Below are positions 1 through 12,664 of a stretch of DNA of 20,000 bases, one piece after another. The notes under the pieces were generated by a model. That model worked only from the letters and a program-made list of their open reading frames with translations, ran no database searches and was not told the origin of the DNA. Position 1 is the stretch's first letter. Each line of letters opens with the position of its first letter. Source of the stretch: Mayamaea pseudoterrestris (taxonomy: Eukaryota); the NCBI GenBank assembly GCA_027923505.1, contig BROI01000038.1, positions 178,269-198,268 of the forward strand. Reading direction: 5' to 3'. The position numbers and the translations under genes are program-made.

Positions 1-3000
1 AAATTGTGTTTGCGCGCTGCTTTGGCCATTCTTATTAGTGTCCATGGGCGATCATGCAGTCCTGCCAGCGTATTACTGTCACAATGGGCTCGAAACTTGG
101 CGCAGATTGACTCATAAATAAAACACCTGCATGCAACAATGTCGCCCCAAAAACTCATCGAATCTGATGTTTGCGGCAAACGGTGCCGCCAGGCGCTTAG
201 CAGGTTTTTTAAATCGGGAAGAGTCTTCCCGCTCGAGTGATTTGCGGACTCCACCATCACCTGGCCTGCCTCCCGAATCTCGACAAGGCGATGGAACAAA
301 TGGAGAAGGAACATATGACAGTTGCTACCACCCGAAAGTTTTGGTAATAATTGCCAACGATGGAGTGCTAGCTGCGCACTTTGAGCGTGCAAATTTTCCA
401 CATCACTCAACTTTCCTTCCGCCACGCAAAGAATGGTTTCGGCAATCTTAACAATAGGGTCACCAGCTTCGATGCTGGCAAGCATGTCATTTGTTGCAAG
501 TGAACGAACGCGAGTCCAGTCATTGTTCTTCCAAGATACCTCTAGCTCCAGGTAACTGTTTGATCCCTTTGCAATTTCTTTCACCGTGTCCACTTGCTCA
601 AGATCACGCTGTAACTCCGACCAACGCTCTTGCCAAAAATCGACTTCAAAATCACTCACGTCAACGACATTATCCGAATCCACCAAGTCAACAAGGTCTT
701 CGTACTGGCTGACAGCTTCCTTCACCATGCCAGCTACGTCCAGAGTTATCGCTCGGTTGCTGAGCGGGTGCCGGCAGGATAGCCTAGCAAGAGCAAGACT
801 TATTGCGTGTTCTCCTAAAAGGTGATAGCAGTGTCGAATAGCCTGCAGTGACGTCACTCCTGCAGCTTTTAAAGGATCTGGTCGCTCTATCAGATCTAGA
901 ACTTCATGCCACGCATTGTAGTTTTCGGCGAGGTAGACCAAGAAGGTATCGCTGAACACAGGCGCTGGTCGCAAAGAGCTAATGACTTTTAAAAACGAGC
1001 GAACTGTGTTTTGCGTCGAGCCAACATTGATGTCGTCCTTCAAAAATTGCGCAGGAGTCGCCCGCGACAGCAATTCTTCCAGCTGGGTCTGTATTAGAAT
1101 TCGACAGCCGTCTCCTGGTAGCGCGCTCCACGCGGATCGTAATAGCTGCTCCAACAGAGTTTGGCAGACCACGGCGTTGCCATGAGATAGTAGACTGAGC
1201 GCTGATACATCAGCATTGTCTTCAATGAGATCTAGCAGCCCGTCAACAAAAATCACGCCCCAGAAACGTCCAGTTATTGCCTCGTAATTGCTTTGCATGA
1301 GTTTCGAAAGGCGATGCAGTAAACTCTTTCCAGATGTGCCGGTGTCGAAGTATGACCGAAACGATTGTTCTCGGGCAGTCAAATCTGGATTGAGCAAGCA
1401 AAACATCACTGACTTGTTGAATGAGACAATGTCGATGCCTCGTAGCTGCTCAACGAAGTGAGCCACAAAATCCACAAAGCGTTGGGCTTTCAAGTCAGGT
1501 AAGCTGACGGAGCCATTGCATATCCGCGATAAAAAGCTGCTGCGCTCGTGCGCCGTCAAGGGAATTGTATCATGGAGCAACCAAAAGCATATCATTCGAC
1601 CTGCTGCAACTAGTAAATCCACGTTGTCCGTCGTGTCGAAAATTGACGCGACTAATTGAAGAAGATCCTTGCGTGCGTGAGAGAACGTGAATACAAGGTA
1701 GTCAGTGGCTGTTTGAAATGTGTCCAGTATCAGCAATAACGCCAGCTCATCTTTGGAACGCGTTTTACTTGGATGCATCGTCGCCTGTAGACACGCAGCC
1801 TGTGTAATACCCATCGTCGGACTATGATAGTCGTAATGGATAGAGTATGAAGCCTGCCGCTGTTTGCCCAAAGAATCCACAAGGTGGGTCGCCACACTGA
1901 GCAACGTTCCTGCGACTATTCCTATTCGATCACCGCGACGTCGACAGAGTGCCAGAACAAGCTCAAGGTAAAAAGACAATGGCAAATCGCTCATTTCCTG
2001 TTCGCGCCCGCGACCTGTTGGACGACCAGGAGGAAGCGTTTTTTTGCTGACAAGTACAGTTTGAAGAATGGCGTCAACTGAGACGAGAATCGCTTTTGCA
2101 AGAGGTTGCGCATCAGCACGAATAGAAACAAGCCTGCTGAATTGTTCTTGCATTCGATTATCGTCTTTCGTAACCGCTAAACCTTTGCCAAGAAGCTCAC
2201 AGATAGTTACATTATGGGTAACAAAAAACCTTTCCTGGCCGGTATCGGCTAAAATGCAAATAACCTCAATGGCAGCAGAAAGTAATCCGGGGTGTTTTTG
2301 TGACTCCCGCATCGCTTTTTCGAAGGGCTGAATATGAACGTCAATTTCTTTCGTCGCATCTGAAAGGATTTTCGCTAAAAGTTTTGAGCATCTATCTACC
2401 AAAGAAGCACTTGTAGTGTTGTCGATCTTCTCCGAAACCAACATTTTCAAGCGCACAAGAAAGTTTACAAGCGAGCAAAGCATCTCATCGTTGCCCCAAG
2501 ACAGCAGCAATTCAACCACCGAAATTGAAATTACGCGATTCTGTAGATTCGGCGGTAAACCAAGTTTTGCTAGGGCATTAACCATATGGCTTGTGAGCTC
2601 CCCCTTCCGACTTTCGAACACTCCAGGGTTTCTAACAACCATGTGACACACATGAGCGATAAGAGGGGTAGAGCTTCCTTCTTCGAGCATTATTTTACTT
2701 GCTTGGTTGACTGACTGATTGTACAACTCACTGGGAAGGCTAACTCGAAGGGAGGGTAGTAGAGCATCAAGACTGAGGCGTACTAAATCACGTCCTTCTT
2801 GCTGACATGCTTTAAGCAATGAGCCATAAAGCTGTACCATGAGCTTTGCTTGTAGGCCGTATGCTTTGATAATATCGCAAATAACTAGGTGCGACCACCC
2901 CTTACATGTATAGTCGTCGCTCTTTAGTTGACCCCAACAAAATTTGACTAATTGGTTGGAAAACAGTTCCAGCTTGGATTGCATATGGATGATTAGTATG

Positions 3001-6000
3001 TGGCAGACGATGAGAAGGGAGGCCCGAAGACGGTCGCCCGACGCATTCAGAAGAGCTTCTTTGACAAATTTCTGAACATCAAACAAATCACATTTTGCTT
3101 CCTCAGACGTCGCATATCTAAAATGTTCCTCAAGCAAAGGAATGAGAATGTAATCAGTACTGAGAACTTTTGTATCCTCGCTGCTCTCACCAGCAAGTAG
3201 CGCGAAGAATCGATGGACGACTTGTTTCTTCAGCTCAAAAGCGAGGGTGCGCACCAAGTGTTTAATGAAAGAGATGACAGATGCGCAGTCTTTCGTTGAC
3301 GGAAGAAAGCTACCTCTGACTAGTTCAAAAAGTATATCAAGTCCTTCCTCTGGATACGACTTTGCGTAGCTCATCAGAAACGCCATTAAATAAGTTGTCT
3401 CTTTCTGATATCGGGGAGAAATGAATTGCTCATGCTGCATTCGAAGCAGCCGCCCACGACTCCGCCAAAGCCACCGAAATGCGCGGACAATATCACCATG
3501 CTCCATGAAGTATGACTGATCATGTTCGGCAAGAATTTCAACTAGACGTAGCCCGATAATTTGACTCTCCTGCGACAATGTATCCATGTGCTTCAAAGCA
3601 GCCACGCCTTCCCTTTCCGATGTGGGCCTAGTGCCTATTCCGTGGACATACAAAGAGTCTTTTGTTGCCGGGCTTTCCGCGTTCTTATCTTGTCGTACAA
3701 TGGCAAGCGGCCGTTCGAAACAAATGTTTAGCAGCATGATGGAACACTGCTTGTCACCCAGGTGCGTTCGCACAGCTTCCAACTCATTCATTTGAAGAAG
3801 CTGCAAAAAGAGTTCAGAGTACGTGGGCGTTTTTAGCCTAGGGAAAAAGAATCCGACGGTCTGATGAACATGTCGATTCAGATATTTCGCAAGCGGGCGT
3901 CGGAAGGGCGAGGTAACGAATGAAACCTTGTATACAGGTAGTGTCGCTTCGAGCCTGATGCAAGTCTTTACAAGTGGATCAACAAAATGCGATGCTGACG
4001 GAAGCAATGAGAATATATCAACAACTGCCGCAGCAACCATAATTGCTTCGCCACCTTTCCAAGTCTCTAGACCAATAATCCCAACCGGATCTGTCCATTT
4101 CTGCAAGTGATCAAGAAGCTTGTCGCCGAGTGTTCTGTTAAACCAGTTGGATAGCAGCGAGAGTAGCCTCTTTAGTCCACGGAGTAAAGGTACTGTTAGC
4201 CTGGTGTGCTCGCGAAGGTTAAGAAGCACAGGCCTTATGCAAGTTTGCAATAATTCTTTCGGGAGACGCGTTTGTGACTTGACCGACACATCGCCAGCTG
4301 TCGTCGACAAACTTAAGCTTAATACATCCACCAAGGCAAAATGGGCTGCAGAGACTGTCTTCGCTGGCCAACATACAAGCGAGCGGAAAAACAAACTGAT
4401 GACATGCGGTCTGATGTTACCTAAATAGGGCGTTCGCTTTGGTCAGAAGCTTTTATATACTCCAATTCTTTGCATTTAAAGAACTTACCAACAGGAGTCG
4501 TCGAGTCAGCGTCGAAAAAAGCGTCGCTATATACTTTAATAACAGAATGAAGCAGTAATATGCCCGAGACCCGCATCTGGACGCCTGCTGGAAGCTCTTC
4601 GGGACAAACCATTCTCGCGTTTCCAACATTGAAGACACAGACACGACGAAGGAAAACAGAAGACGCATGACTCGGATGTGACAGTGTTTTCGGGTCAACT
4701 TGGCCGTTTGCTAGCGCGAATCCGTTTTTGTCAACGACGCAATCTAACAAGGCTTTATCGGACATTTCACCGTCAGCAACCGAAGACAACTTTAAGAGTT
4801 CAGACAAGAAGGACATGAAATGTTGGTCCTCGGTTAAGTTGAATGACGTCGGAAAAGATTTGACAAAGAAAGCGAGCCCTTCAATGATACCGACTTGGGC
4901 TGGCAGCGGTAGCAACCTTAAGGCTCGCGAAAAGAGAAGTCGTCGTATAAACGGCATATTTCTTTGGACAAGAGCATCAGCTTTCTCAGGTTGCAAGATT
5001 TTGACGATAAAATTCGTTAGAGCAAATCTCGCTGCGAACCTGCGGACCAAGCAGCATGAAAGTGAGTCGCGTTGTTTCGTCTACATGAAGAACAATTTTG
5101 AGTAATACATACCTCATGACTTGCTGCGACGTTGTTACTTCTGTCAAAAGCAACCGAAACACTTCATCATTTGGAGAAACAATCTCGAATGCAGCCGTAT
5201 CGTACACGGGGTGGTCGTCACCATGTTCCAGCGACAAAACATCCCACACACAAAATTCTTCAGAACTTTCTCGTCCAAGCCAAGGACTGCCGTATAAGTT
5301 CACACATACTCTGACGAAAAAGCGTAAGGACTCCACGACATCGCTCGTAATCTCACGAGGCACACTTTTTATTGTCACTGTGGCGGTATTTATAAGAATA
5401 AACTGCATGTCGCGACAATGCTCGGGACCAAGCTCGTCCATAACAGCGCATATCGCTCTCGTCAGCCCTCTGACACGAGTGGCTGAACAACACTCGCTGC
5501 ATAGTAGCTCTAGGAGACACCCCGCTTCCAATTTATCGCTCGCTGCCCATATCCTGGCTACATTCACCGCAACCTCCGTAGGCCTAGTCGACGTATATCC
5601 AGCAGCAAGAAACGTTGCAAGGCCTTCGTGTAGGGCGCGCTTGTTTTGGTGAACATAAAAAGCGTCGAGCAATGATGCAGCTTCTCGCGCCGTGCTAGCA
5701 ATTGAAGAAGCGAAAAGGAGGCATTGACAAACAACCAAATTCATATCGTAAACCATGCTAGAATGGTAGTCATTGTCCGCGTTGTCCATTGCAACGTCGC
5801 CATCGATTGCTTTTTTAACGACGACAAGGCATGCCTCGGCTTGTTGCTCCAATGTCCTGTCGATTACCTTGTTGTTATACGACGCGTGATCCATGGTAAA
5901 TTGTCTTGCAGCGTCACCGCAACGGACTTGGAGCATATCGACATCATCAGCAACACCCTGTTCTGCAGGTACAAGCTCTTCGTTGCGCGATGCCAATGTT

Positions 6001-9000
6001 TTGAGCATCTCCATGCACAGCCGCAGCGATAACCTCAACGATATCCCACTAGCTGCAGGGTGCCCTGACCATACGCAATTGAATGCGACAGTCGGAGTGT
6101 CATCTTGGTGTTCATAAAGCCTTTGAGGAAGCGGCTCACGAAGAAACTCGCGGTTCTTGCCCCCTAGTTTCCCGAGAAGACGTAGCGTGAGCAACCCATA
6201 GGGATATGGAGCTGGCCGCAGATGGCGCGACAGCGACTGCATTAATGAAGCGAAGAGCTTCTTCTGCTTCGTTATCTCGGGGTAAAGGAATTGAGGATTT
6301 AGATTATCAACCCAAAACTCGAGCGTCCTCAGTCTAAAAAGTAAGGCAGCACAGGATATGAGACAAATGTTGAACAAATGCATTCACTCGTTCATCAATT
6401 ACGCACCCGAGATTTACTAGATCGCCCGAGTTGGAATCCAAAGCGGGTATAATGACTCTGACGAGTAAATTCAAGTGGGGAAGTAGGCTCGACAATCGTG
6501 CTGGAATAGTCAGACACAACTCTACGGCAGTATTTCTCACCATCTCGTCATGTGAAACACTTATGCGATAAAGTCCATTCAAGACAGTCGGTAACAATGG
6601 AAGCAAATCTCTATATGATTCTTCAAATTTTCCAGCCGAAATTGACCGAAATATGTATCGAAGGAGCATGCAGTAGTTGTCGGGCCAAACACAAGTCTGC
6701 TCCATCGACGATTTAAAGCAAACAAAGACAATTTTTCGTAAATGCTTGCGGACCACCCCTTCATTATCTGAGAACGCCGCAAGTGATTTCAAAATACGTT
6801 CAAATAACTGCAGTAACGTTGTACCAACGCGCTTCTTGTGCTCGAGGCTTTCAAAGGGACGCTGCCCAAGCTCGTGCAAAGTCGAAGTCACTGCGAGGGC
6901 CTCGGTTTCAAGGTCATCACCGTCACAATTAAAGAAAACAACACCATCGTCCCGAGGCGAGGCAAGCTCATCCATGCGAGTTACAAGTAGTTCAAGCAAA
7001 AGGCCACAAAATTCTAAACTCGTCGTCGCATTCGATCCGAGCAGATGCCTTACAAATACCATCACAACGGAATCGTCGACAAGCGCATCAATCATCAAAT
7101 TCAACCGCCGTCCAAGAATTCGTGCTAGATAGAAACCATCCAAGCCAATAAAGGTTGCGGCAAAGTAGGTTAAAGCCTCGCGATGATGCTCCGCTCGAGC
7201 CTTGTCTTCCTTAACTAACGACGACCCTGGACCGTCTTCCTTTAACAGCCGAATGGCAGGAAACGCAGCAAGTATATATTCATCAATGAGCGCCATTTCT
7301 GTTTGTGTTATCCGTTGTAAAGCTGAATACACTTCCTCATTGGAGCCTTGCGGATGAGGCTTGTCATCCTTTGCCCTTTGATCCCGATACGTGTGAATGT
7401 ACTGGATCAAACTCTTGTTGCCAACAATGATTGCGCGCACCATAATCTGCACATCGCGCACCGTATCCGTCGGAGCTTTCGAGAGCGGGTCGGGTTCCAT
7501 ATCTCGCCGTGATTTCGTCAAATCGCTACCATACAAACGCTCGGCTTCTGCTCGCTGCTTCTCTGCCTCAAATACGCATGGAAAACATCGATTGAGTGCC
7601 TTTAACTTATCCGTCAGCGTACTAAATATTCTCACTAGCAAATCTCGTCCATGCTGCGGATTTGGATCCTTGTTATTGGTGATCACATCGCCCATGGTCA
7701 ACAGCGTACGAACCGCCATATATTGTGTCGACATTGGTAGCACATTAGTCGAGTCGTGCAAAGCCCGAGCAAACATTAGTACAATTCGAGTCATTTGTGA
7801 CATATTCAATGAGTTGCGTACATGCTGCACCAAATCGGAAAGCATGGTGAACCCCAGCGGCCGCAACAAGGCTTGGTCCGAGTACGACAAGCCCTTTCCA
7901 ATCAGGACGCGCTCATCCAGCAATGCGTCAATGTGTTTGAAAAAGCCTTTGCGAAAATCCGTGTTCAGCAAGTGTCGCGTCGCCACGAGCAACTCTTTTC
8001 GCGTTGCAATCGACTCTCGTGGGCAAGTGGTCATTAACGTCACCACATTGGTCGCCAATTTCTCCTCGTATGGCTTGAGCTCATTGGAAAAGCTGCGGAG
8101 CAAGTATGTGACAAAGGATAGTGTCTTGGCCTGGGCAGCAACGAGCTCGCGGACACGAGAGTAGTAGGTGCGCTTGAGATTGGAGTCAGCCTCAACTTTT
8201 AAATTAGCCTGGATGATCTTATCCAAAGGAGGAGCTCGCAATGACAGCGCCTCCATCATGACGGATATCAGGACTGGAATATTCGTCTTGAGAAAGGCCG
8301 GCCAAAGTTGAAACATGAGCATGACAATGAGTGGGCTTTCCGTCAGCACGCGAAAGGACAAATTAGCCTTTAGTGCCAGTTTTTGTTGTGAACTAGAAGT
8401 AGATTGTGGTGATGTCGTCAACTCGGGGTCGGTTGAAATTGTTAACATTTCAGTGGCATCCGTGATGTCCATTGGAGTTGTTCCCTCTTTATCAGGACTA
8501 GCAGTTTCCTCGCTCGGTTGTAGGGGATTGTCGACTTCCATACTCGTATTCTTGTCATCCATGGACTGCGACAAAGCAGCTGAAGTATTCCTTGTCGAAG
8601 CTGAAGCAGCTTGCTGCAAAACGCTCTCCGTAAAGTTGCGCTGCACTGCCATTGGCAAGGATCGATACGCGCTCGCTACAAAGTCCAAGTATGGCTGCAC
8701 ATAATCCTGCGGCAATGAGCGATAGGCCTTGTGCAAGTCAAATATAACTCTCGACGCCAATAGTGCATTCTCTTCATAGTCTCTATTCAAAACGTCAATG
8801 CAGAGTGCGACGCAATGGGGAGCGTGCGGGCGCAGAATGGAATTGGTTGGCATTTTGCTAATGATATCCAGAATCAAATGACGTAACTTGTGTTCAATGC
8901 TGTTCGTATCTGCACTGGGAGTCGTTCTCTGCGTCAAGACGCTACTAAAAGCAGGAAGTAGCGCTGCAAGCATGAGCGGAAATTCGTTGGTGTAAACAAT

Positions 9001-9126
9001 TTGGATCCGCTCGCGAAGCTCAGTGGCGGCTCGGAACGATTCATTCAAGTCGGTAGACAGCAGCTTCTGGCGAATTGGTTCCCAATTCATGGTGCTTGAC
9101 GTGGTTTGTATGGAAGGTAATGACAT
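1..9126 (-). CDS. TRRAP: TRRAP/Tra1 (transformation/transcription domain-associated protein, PIKK-family scaffold of SAGA/NuA4). 3'-partial. Exons 9126-6407, 6333-5113, 5039-4489, 4420-<1; about 2970 codons in window
   Basis: ORFs 6334..9126, 4986..6383 and 4421..5050 join in frame across three GT-AG introns, giving Tra1 motifs (ELCLTIPARLSSLLPHL, LVNLG|LRTLEFWVDNLNP, HLRPAPYPYG..LRLLGKLGGKNR, G|NIRPHVISLFFRSL). Exon 4 is missing from the ORF track, consistent with having no stop before position 1. Spot translations in the same frame give CWGQLKSDD...VQLYGSLLKACQQEGRDLVRLSLDALLP (~2750-2940) and FAT-domain LKNLLSAWRHRLP...FWGDIV...LHDRPWTLIRMAKAARKH (~3-210). Exon 4 was spot-checked, not read in full. 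Confidence 0.93.
4421..4488 (-). other. TRRAP intron 3 (68 nt, phase 1)
   Basis: Minus strand GTT G|GTAAGT...CTGAC...CTATTTAG|GT AAC ATC AGA CCG; joins TPVG-NIRPHVI. Confidence 0.9.
5040..5112 (-). other. TRRAP intron 2 (73 nt, phase 2)
   Basis: Minus strand ATG AG|GTATGT...CTCAC...GTCCGCAG|G TTC GCA GCG; joins QVMR-FAARFAL in frame. Confidence 0.88.
6334..6406 (-). other. TRRAP intron 1 (73 nt, phase 2)
   Basis: Minus strand CTC GG|GTGCGT...CTTACTTTTTAG|A CTG AGG ACG; restores conserved NLG-LRTLEFW. Confidence 0.9.
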
Positions 9127-9378
9127 GCTGATGTACTTGGTATCGCTCTTGCTCTTAGTCCGGTTGTCGATATTGCCGATCGAAAATGTGATGAGCTCAT
9201 GGTCGCAGCATCAAAGGTGCGACACCAAGTGACACAGTTCGTTTTTAGAATCGTACCGGTTATGAGATGAAGACGGACAGACGCCACTGCGCGTCCAACC
9301 AAGTGCGAGTTGTTCACTGTTCTTTCGCAGCTTGATTTCCACCAGATATAAATCAAAAGGTTAACAACTAGTTCAACA
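9127..9378. promoter_or_regulatory. Probable bidirectional promoter between TRRAP and NOC2
   Basis: 252 bp between two divergent start codons; TATA-like GATATAAAT at about 9345-9353 upstream of NOC2. Confidence 0.6.
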
Positions 9379-11832
9379 ATGGCCGGCGGCAGTAGCAAGC
9401 CAACCAAGCGAGAACGCAAATTCAAGGCGACTGGCGGCATTGAACGTCGCCTCAAAAAGGGATCCGTCACGAAAAAGGGAAAGCTTCGAAAGCGCAAGCC
9501 ACTCTCCACCGACAAGGATGCTTCCAACAAAAAGGAGCCTGTCGTTGAGCAACGCGATCGATCGGATGACTTGACGGCCAATGATAATTTAGGAAGTTTG
9601 GATCTAGATAGCTTTTTCGCGCAGTTTGCCGAAAAAGTGGAGCAGGGACAGGTGCTTGGTGATGACGAAGCGAGTGAGAATGACGATGCGATTGACGGCA
9701 AAGGCATTGATGCCAATGCTAGTGATGCTGACGACAGCGACGACGTTTCAAAAGAGGATGTAGCAATGCATGACGAAGCTAGTGGAAATAGCAATAGCGA
9801 AAGCAGTGATAGTGACTCTGACGACGATGATGTTGACGCTGCTGAAGCGCGCATGAAGAAGGATATGGCCAAGCTGCAGGAGCAAGATCCTGAATTCCAC
9901 AAGTTTTTAAAATCGAACGAACAGTCGCTGCTTGAATTTGGAGAAGAGGATGGAGGCGAAGAAGTGGGGGAAGGTGACGACGAGATGGATGACGACGAGG
10001 GGAATTCTGCCGATGCCCCACCAGACGCTGTCGAGCTTAGTGCCAAGGCGTTAAAGTCGTTGGAACAGGGCACTTTTGAATCGCATGGCATTAAAAGCTT
10101 AAAAAAGTTAGTGGCTGCTTACAAGTCGGCTTGCCATTTGGGCGATGCTAGTCAGCAAGACAACAAACGCAAGCCGGGCGAGTCGGGTAAAACCTTTACA
10201 ATTGACTCGTCGCAAGTGTTTGATCAGCTCATGCTGTTGTGCTTGAACCGGTGCCACGAAGCCTTCCATTATCATTTGCTTTCAAACGACGAAGTAACGG
10301 ATGAAAAGAAAGAAGATGGCGGTGATGGTGGTGAAACTGTCGAGCTGCTGGACAACACGCCGGTCAATCCTCGAACCTTGGAGAATGCCAAGCAATGGCC
10401 AACTATGCGGCCCATTATGCTGTCTTTCATGCGATCGACCCTGCATCTCATGTCGGAAGCCAAGGAACCAGAGCAGCTTGTCCTTATTCTCAATGCGCTC
10501 TCCAAGTATATTCGCATGCTGACTCCGTTTCCACGGCTGGCCGAAGCCTTGCTCAAATCGTTGACAGCTCTTTGGTCGGCGCCTACAGATGACGAAGAAT
10601 ACCAGCTTGTTCGCATTAAGGCTTTTGTCCGCATCCGTCAACTGGCGCTGACGCAGCCGTTCCCATTCATTGAAGAATGTTTGAAGAAATGTTACCTTGC
10701 GTACGCCAAGAGTGCCAAGTTTGGTGGATCATCATCGGTTGCGTCCGAACTTCCGACACTGACATTTATGGGCAATTGCTTGGTCGAGCTTTACAGTTTG
10801 GACTACGATTCTTCATACCAACATGCCTTTGTCTACATTCGTCAACTGGCTCTATTGCTTCGGGCAGCGCTGCAAAAGAAGACACCTGAAGCATTTCAGC
10901 AAGTCTACTGCTGGCAATTCATTCTTTGCTCGAAACTGTGGGTCGCTATATTATCCGCCGCCGCTCCGCAGGAGGATGGCGCGCTGATGAGCTCGCTCCT
11001 TTATCCGTTGACGGAAGTTATACTTGGCGTCACAAGAAACGGTCCGTCGCCTACGCGCCATTTGCCGCTGCGCTTTCACTGCATTCGACTATTGCAGCAG
11101 CTGGCAGCTGCGTCAGAAAAGTACATTCCAACGACGCTTTTGCTCATGGACATGATCAATCAGAAAGAGTGGCATATGAAGCCAAAGAAATCTCGGTCTG
11201 GCGATGCTCGCGGCTTGCAAATGAATCTAATGATCCGTTTGCCCAAGGAGGACTGTCTGCGCACGCACGAGCAACTCGAAGCTGCCATGACGGAAATATT
11301 TGCACTGGTACAGCGCGAACTAGAACTATACCGCTACTCTGCCGGCTTTCCAGAGTTTAGCCTTCAGGTGGTACAAACGCTCAAAAAGTTTGCCAAGGAG
11401 ACGCGCAGTCCGCGGTGGAAGATTTTTGCACGTGGATGCTTGGATACGTGCGAGCGCTACTCTGTCTTTGCCACGACGGCTCGATCCAAGCTTCACGAAG
11501 CTCCCAGGGATATTCAGCGACTGGAGTGCCTGCGTCCAGCGAGTGAACCGAGCATGCTGGAACGATTGAACGCCAGTGTTGAAAAGGAACAAAAGCAGTG
11601 GGAATCTATCAAGCCTGTTATAAAGAGAAAGGGCAAGGATGCGTCTGCGGACAAGGGTAGCGATGATGACGAGGGATCAAATGACGGTGAAACGGAAGCT
11701 GAGAAACCGAAAAAGAAGAAGGCAAAGAGGGCGAAGAAGCCGGCGAAGCAAGCGTCAGAGGAAGCGTCTCCAGAACTTTTGGCGCAACAAGACGAAGTCA
11801 AGGAGGGAATAGATTGGTCGGATGAAGATTAG
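9379..11832 (+). CDS. NOC2: Nucleolar complex protein 2 (Noc2/NOC2L), 817 aa, intronless
   Basis: Basic N-terminus and acidic tracts, then LQEQDPEFHKFLKSNEQSLLEF, YQHAFVYIRQLA.LLR, VYCWQFI.C.KLW, LLYPL, PLRFHCIRLL, YSAGFPE, all characteristic of the Noc2 family. Confidence 0.93.
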   Translation: MAGGSSKPTKRERKFKATGGIERRLKKGSVTKKGKLRKRKPLSTDKDASNKKEPVVEQRDRSDDLTANDNLGSLDLDSFFAQFAEKVEQGQVLGDDEASENDDAIDGKGIDANASDADDSDDVSKEDVAMHDEASGNSNSESSDSDSDDDDVDAAEARMKKDMAKLQEQDPEFHKFLKSNEQSLLEFGEEDGGEEVGEGDDEMDDDEGNSADAPPDAVELSAKALKSLEQGTFESHGIKSLKKLVAAYKSACHLGDASQQDNKRKPGESGKTFTIDSSQVFDQLMLLCLNRCHEAFHYHLLSNDEVTDEKKEDGGDGGETVELLDNTPVNPRTLENAKQWPTMRPIMLSFMRSTLHLMSEAKEPEQLVLILNALSKYIRMLTPFPRLAEALLKSLTALWSAPTDDEEYQLVRIKAFVRIRQLALTQPFPFIEECLKKCYLAYAKSAKFGGSSSVASELPTLTFMGNCLVELYSLDYDSSYQHAFVYIRQLALLLRAALQKKTPEAFQQVYCWQFILCSKLWVAILSAAAPQEDGALMSSLLYPLTEVILGVTRNGPSPTRHLPLRFHCIRLLQQLAAASEKYIPTTLLLMDMINQKEWHMKPKKSRSGDARGLQMNLMIRLPKEDCLRTHEQLEAAMTEIFALVQRELELYRYSAGFPEFSLQVVQTLKKFAKETRSPRWKIFARGCLDTCERYSVFATTARSKLHEAPRDIQRLECLRPASEPSMLERLNASVEKEQKQWESIKPVIKRKGKDASADKGSDDDEGSNDGETEAEKPKKKKAKRAKKPAKQASEEASPELLAQQDEVKEGIDWSDED

Positions 11833-11959
11833 ACACGAAATGTTAATTATTTATGTTATCACGCACTTAGCTTGTACATATTTCTAAACGATTCGTATAC
11901 GGTTCATGCGAAAGGGTTTGTGCTAAATAAAAATTGACGTACAATCTAACATTACTTGT

Positions 11960-12382
11960 CTATTTTTGCGCGTGCTCGGCGGCAATCGCCTGCATTGCCT
12001 GCGCCGTCGTCGCTTGTAGTCGTTTCTGCATGTTTTGAATCTTGACGGCAAGTTCCTGCTGTCGGTCTTGCTTTTTAGTAAATTTGCGTTTAGTTTTTTC
12101 CTTCTCGTCGCGAATGAACTCTAACCGCTTGTCAACCGTTTGCTGAGCTTCATCGAGCTCTTGCTTGATAAGAACAGGTCCGATCATTTTGTAAACTATG
12201 GAAGAATCTGTCATTATCGCAAGCTCCTGTCTGACCATGTCATTCTCAGTTTCCTGTGCAGTGAGTGTTTGCAAATCGCCTTGGAGTTCCTGCAGCTCCT
12301 CTTGCATTCGACGAAACTTTTGTACCTCTGCGTCAACTGCCGACGCTAACACGTTCCCAGGGTTACTTGGATCTGAAGCCAT
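11960..12382 (-). CDS. PFDN6: Prefoldin subunit 6 (beta-type; Yke2/Gim1), 140 aa
   Basis: Coiled-coil/hairpin/coiled-coil with Q.TEN.MV.QEL...SIVYKMIGPVLIKQELDEAQQTVDKRLEFI, the PFD6 signature. Confidence 0.9.
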   Translation of the reverse strand: MASDPSNPGNVLASAVDAEVQKFRRMQEELQELQGDLQTLTAQETENDMVRQELAIMTDSSIVYKMIGPVLIKQELDEAQQTVDKRLEFIRDEKEKTKRKFTKKQDRQQELAVKIQNMQKRLQATTAQAMQAIAAEHAQK

Positions 12383-12664
12383 GCTGATCGTGAATGGATT
12401 AGAGGGTTATGCAAAGTGCTGCCCAAAGAAGAATGATCGTCCATGGCAGAATATTCGTGGTGAGCATTGTTGACGCAATGTCATGACGCAGCGGGACCGA
12501 AAAGTGAACAAGCACACGCGTCGGATGATGTTTTGCGCGATCTTTGACGCCGGATCTTCAACACCACTCGAATGCCAACGAGACGTAAGCGTCGTTCAAC
12601 CTGCTGTTGCTTGACTGCTGCACCAGTCAAGATTGTTTGCCTTGCATTGCTGCCTCAGTTGACC
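12383..12664. promoter_or_regulatory. Divergent intergenic/promoter region between PFD6 and LHC with three TGACGC elements
   Basis: TGACGC at 12471, 12484 and 12545; palindrome GTCATGAC at 12480-12487. Confidence 0.45.

Noticed and set aside
131..8704. Many plus-strand ORFs inside TRRAP (e.g. 7397..8164, 5098..5652)
   Set aside because: Antisense to a well-supported coding gene; explained by codon bias
9087..10091. 334-aa Ser-rich minus-strand ORF
   Set aside because: Antisense shadow of the D/E/K-rich NOC2 N-terminus; no independent motif
12572..12664. Upstream in-frame ATG extending the LHC ORF to 224 aa
   Set aside because: The extension would bury the signal peptide; ATG 12665 gives a canonical signal peptide plus ASAFAP
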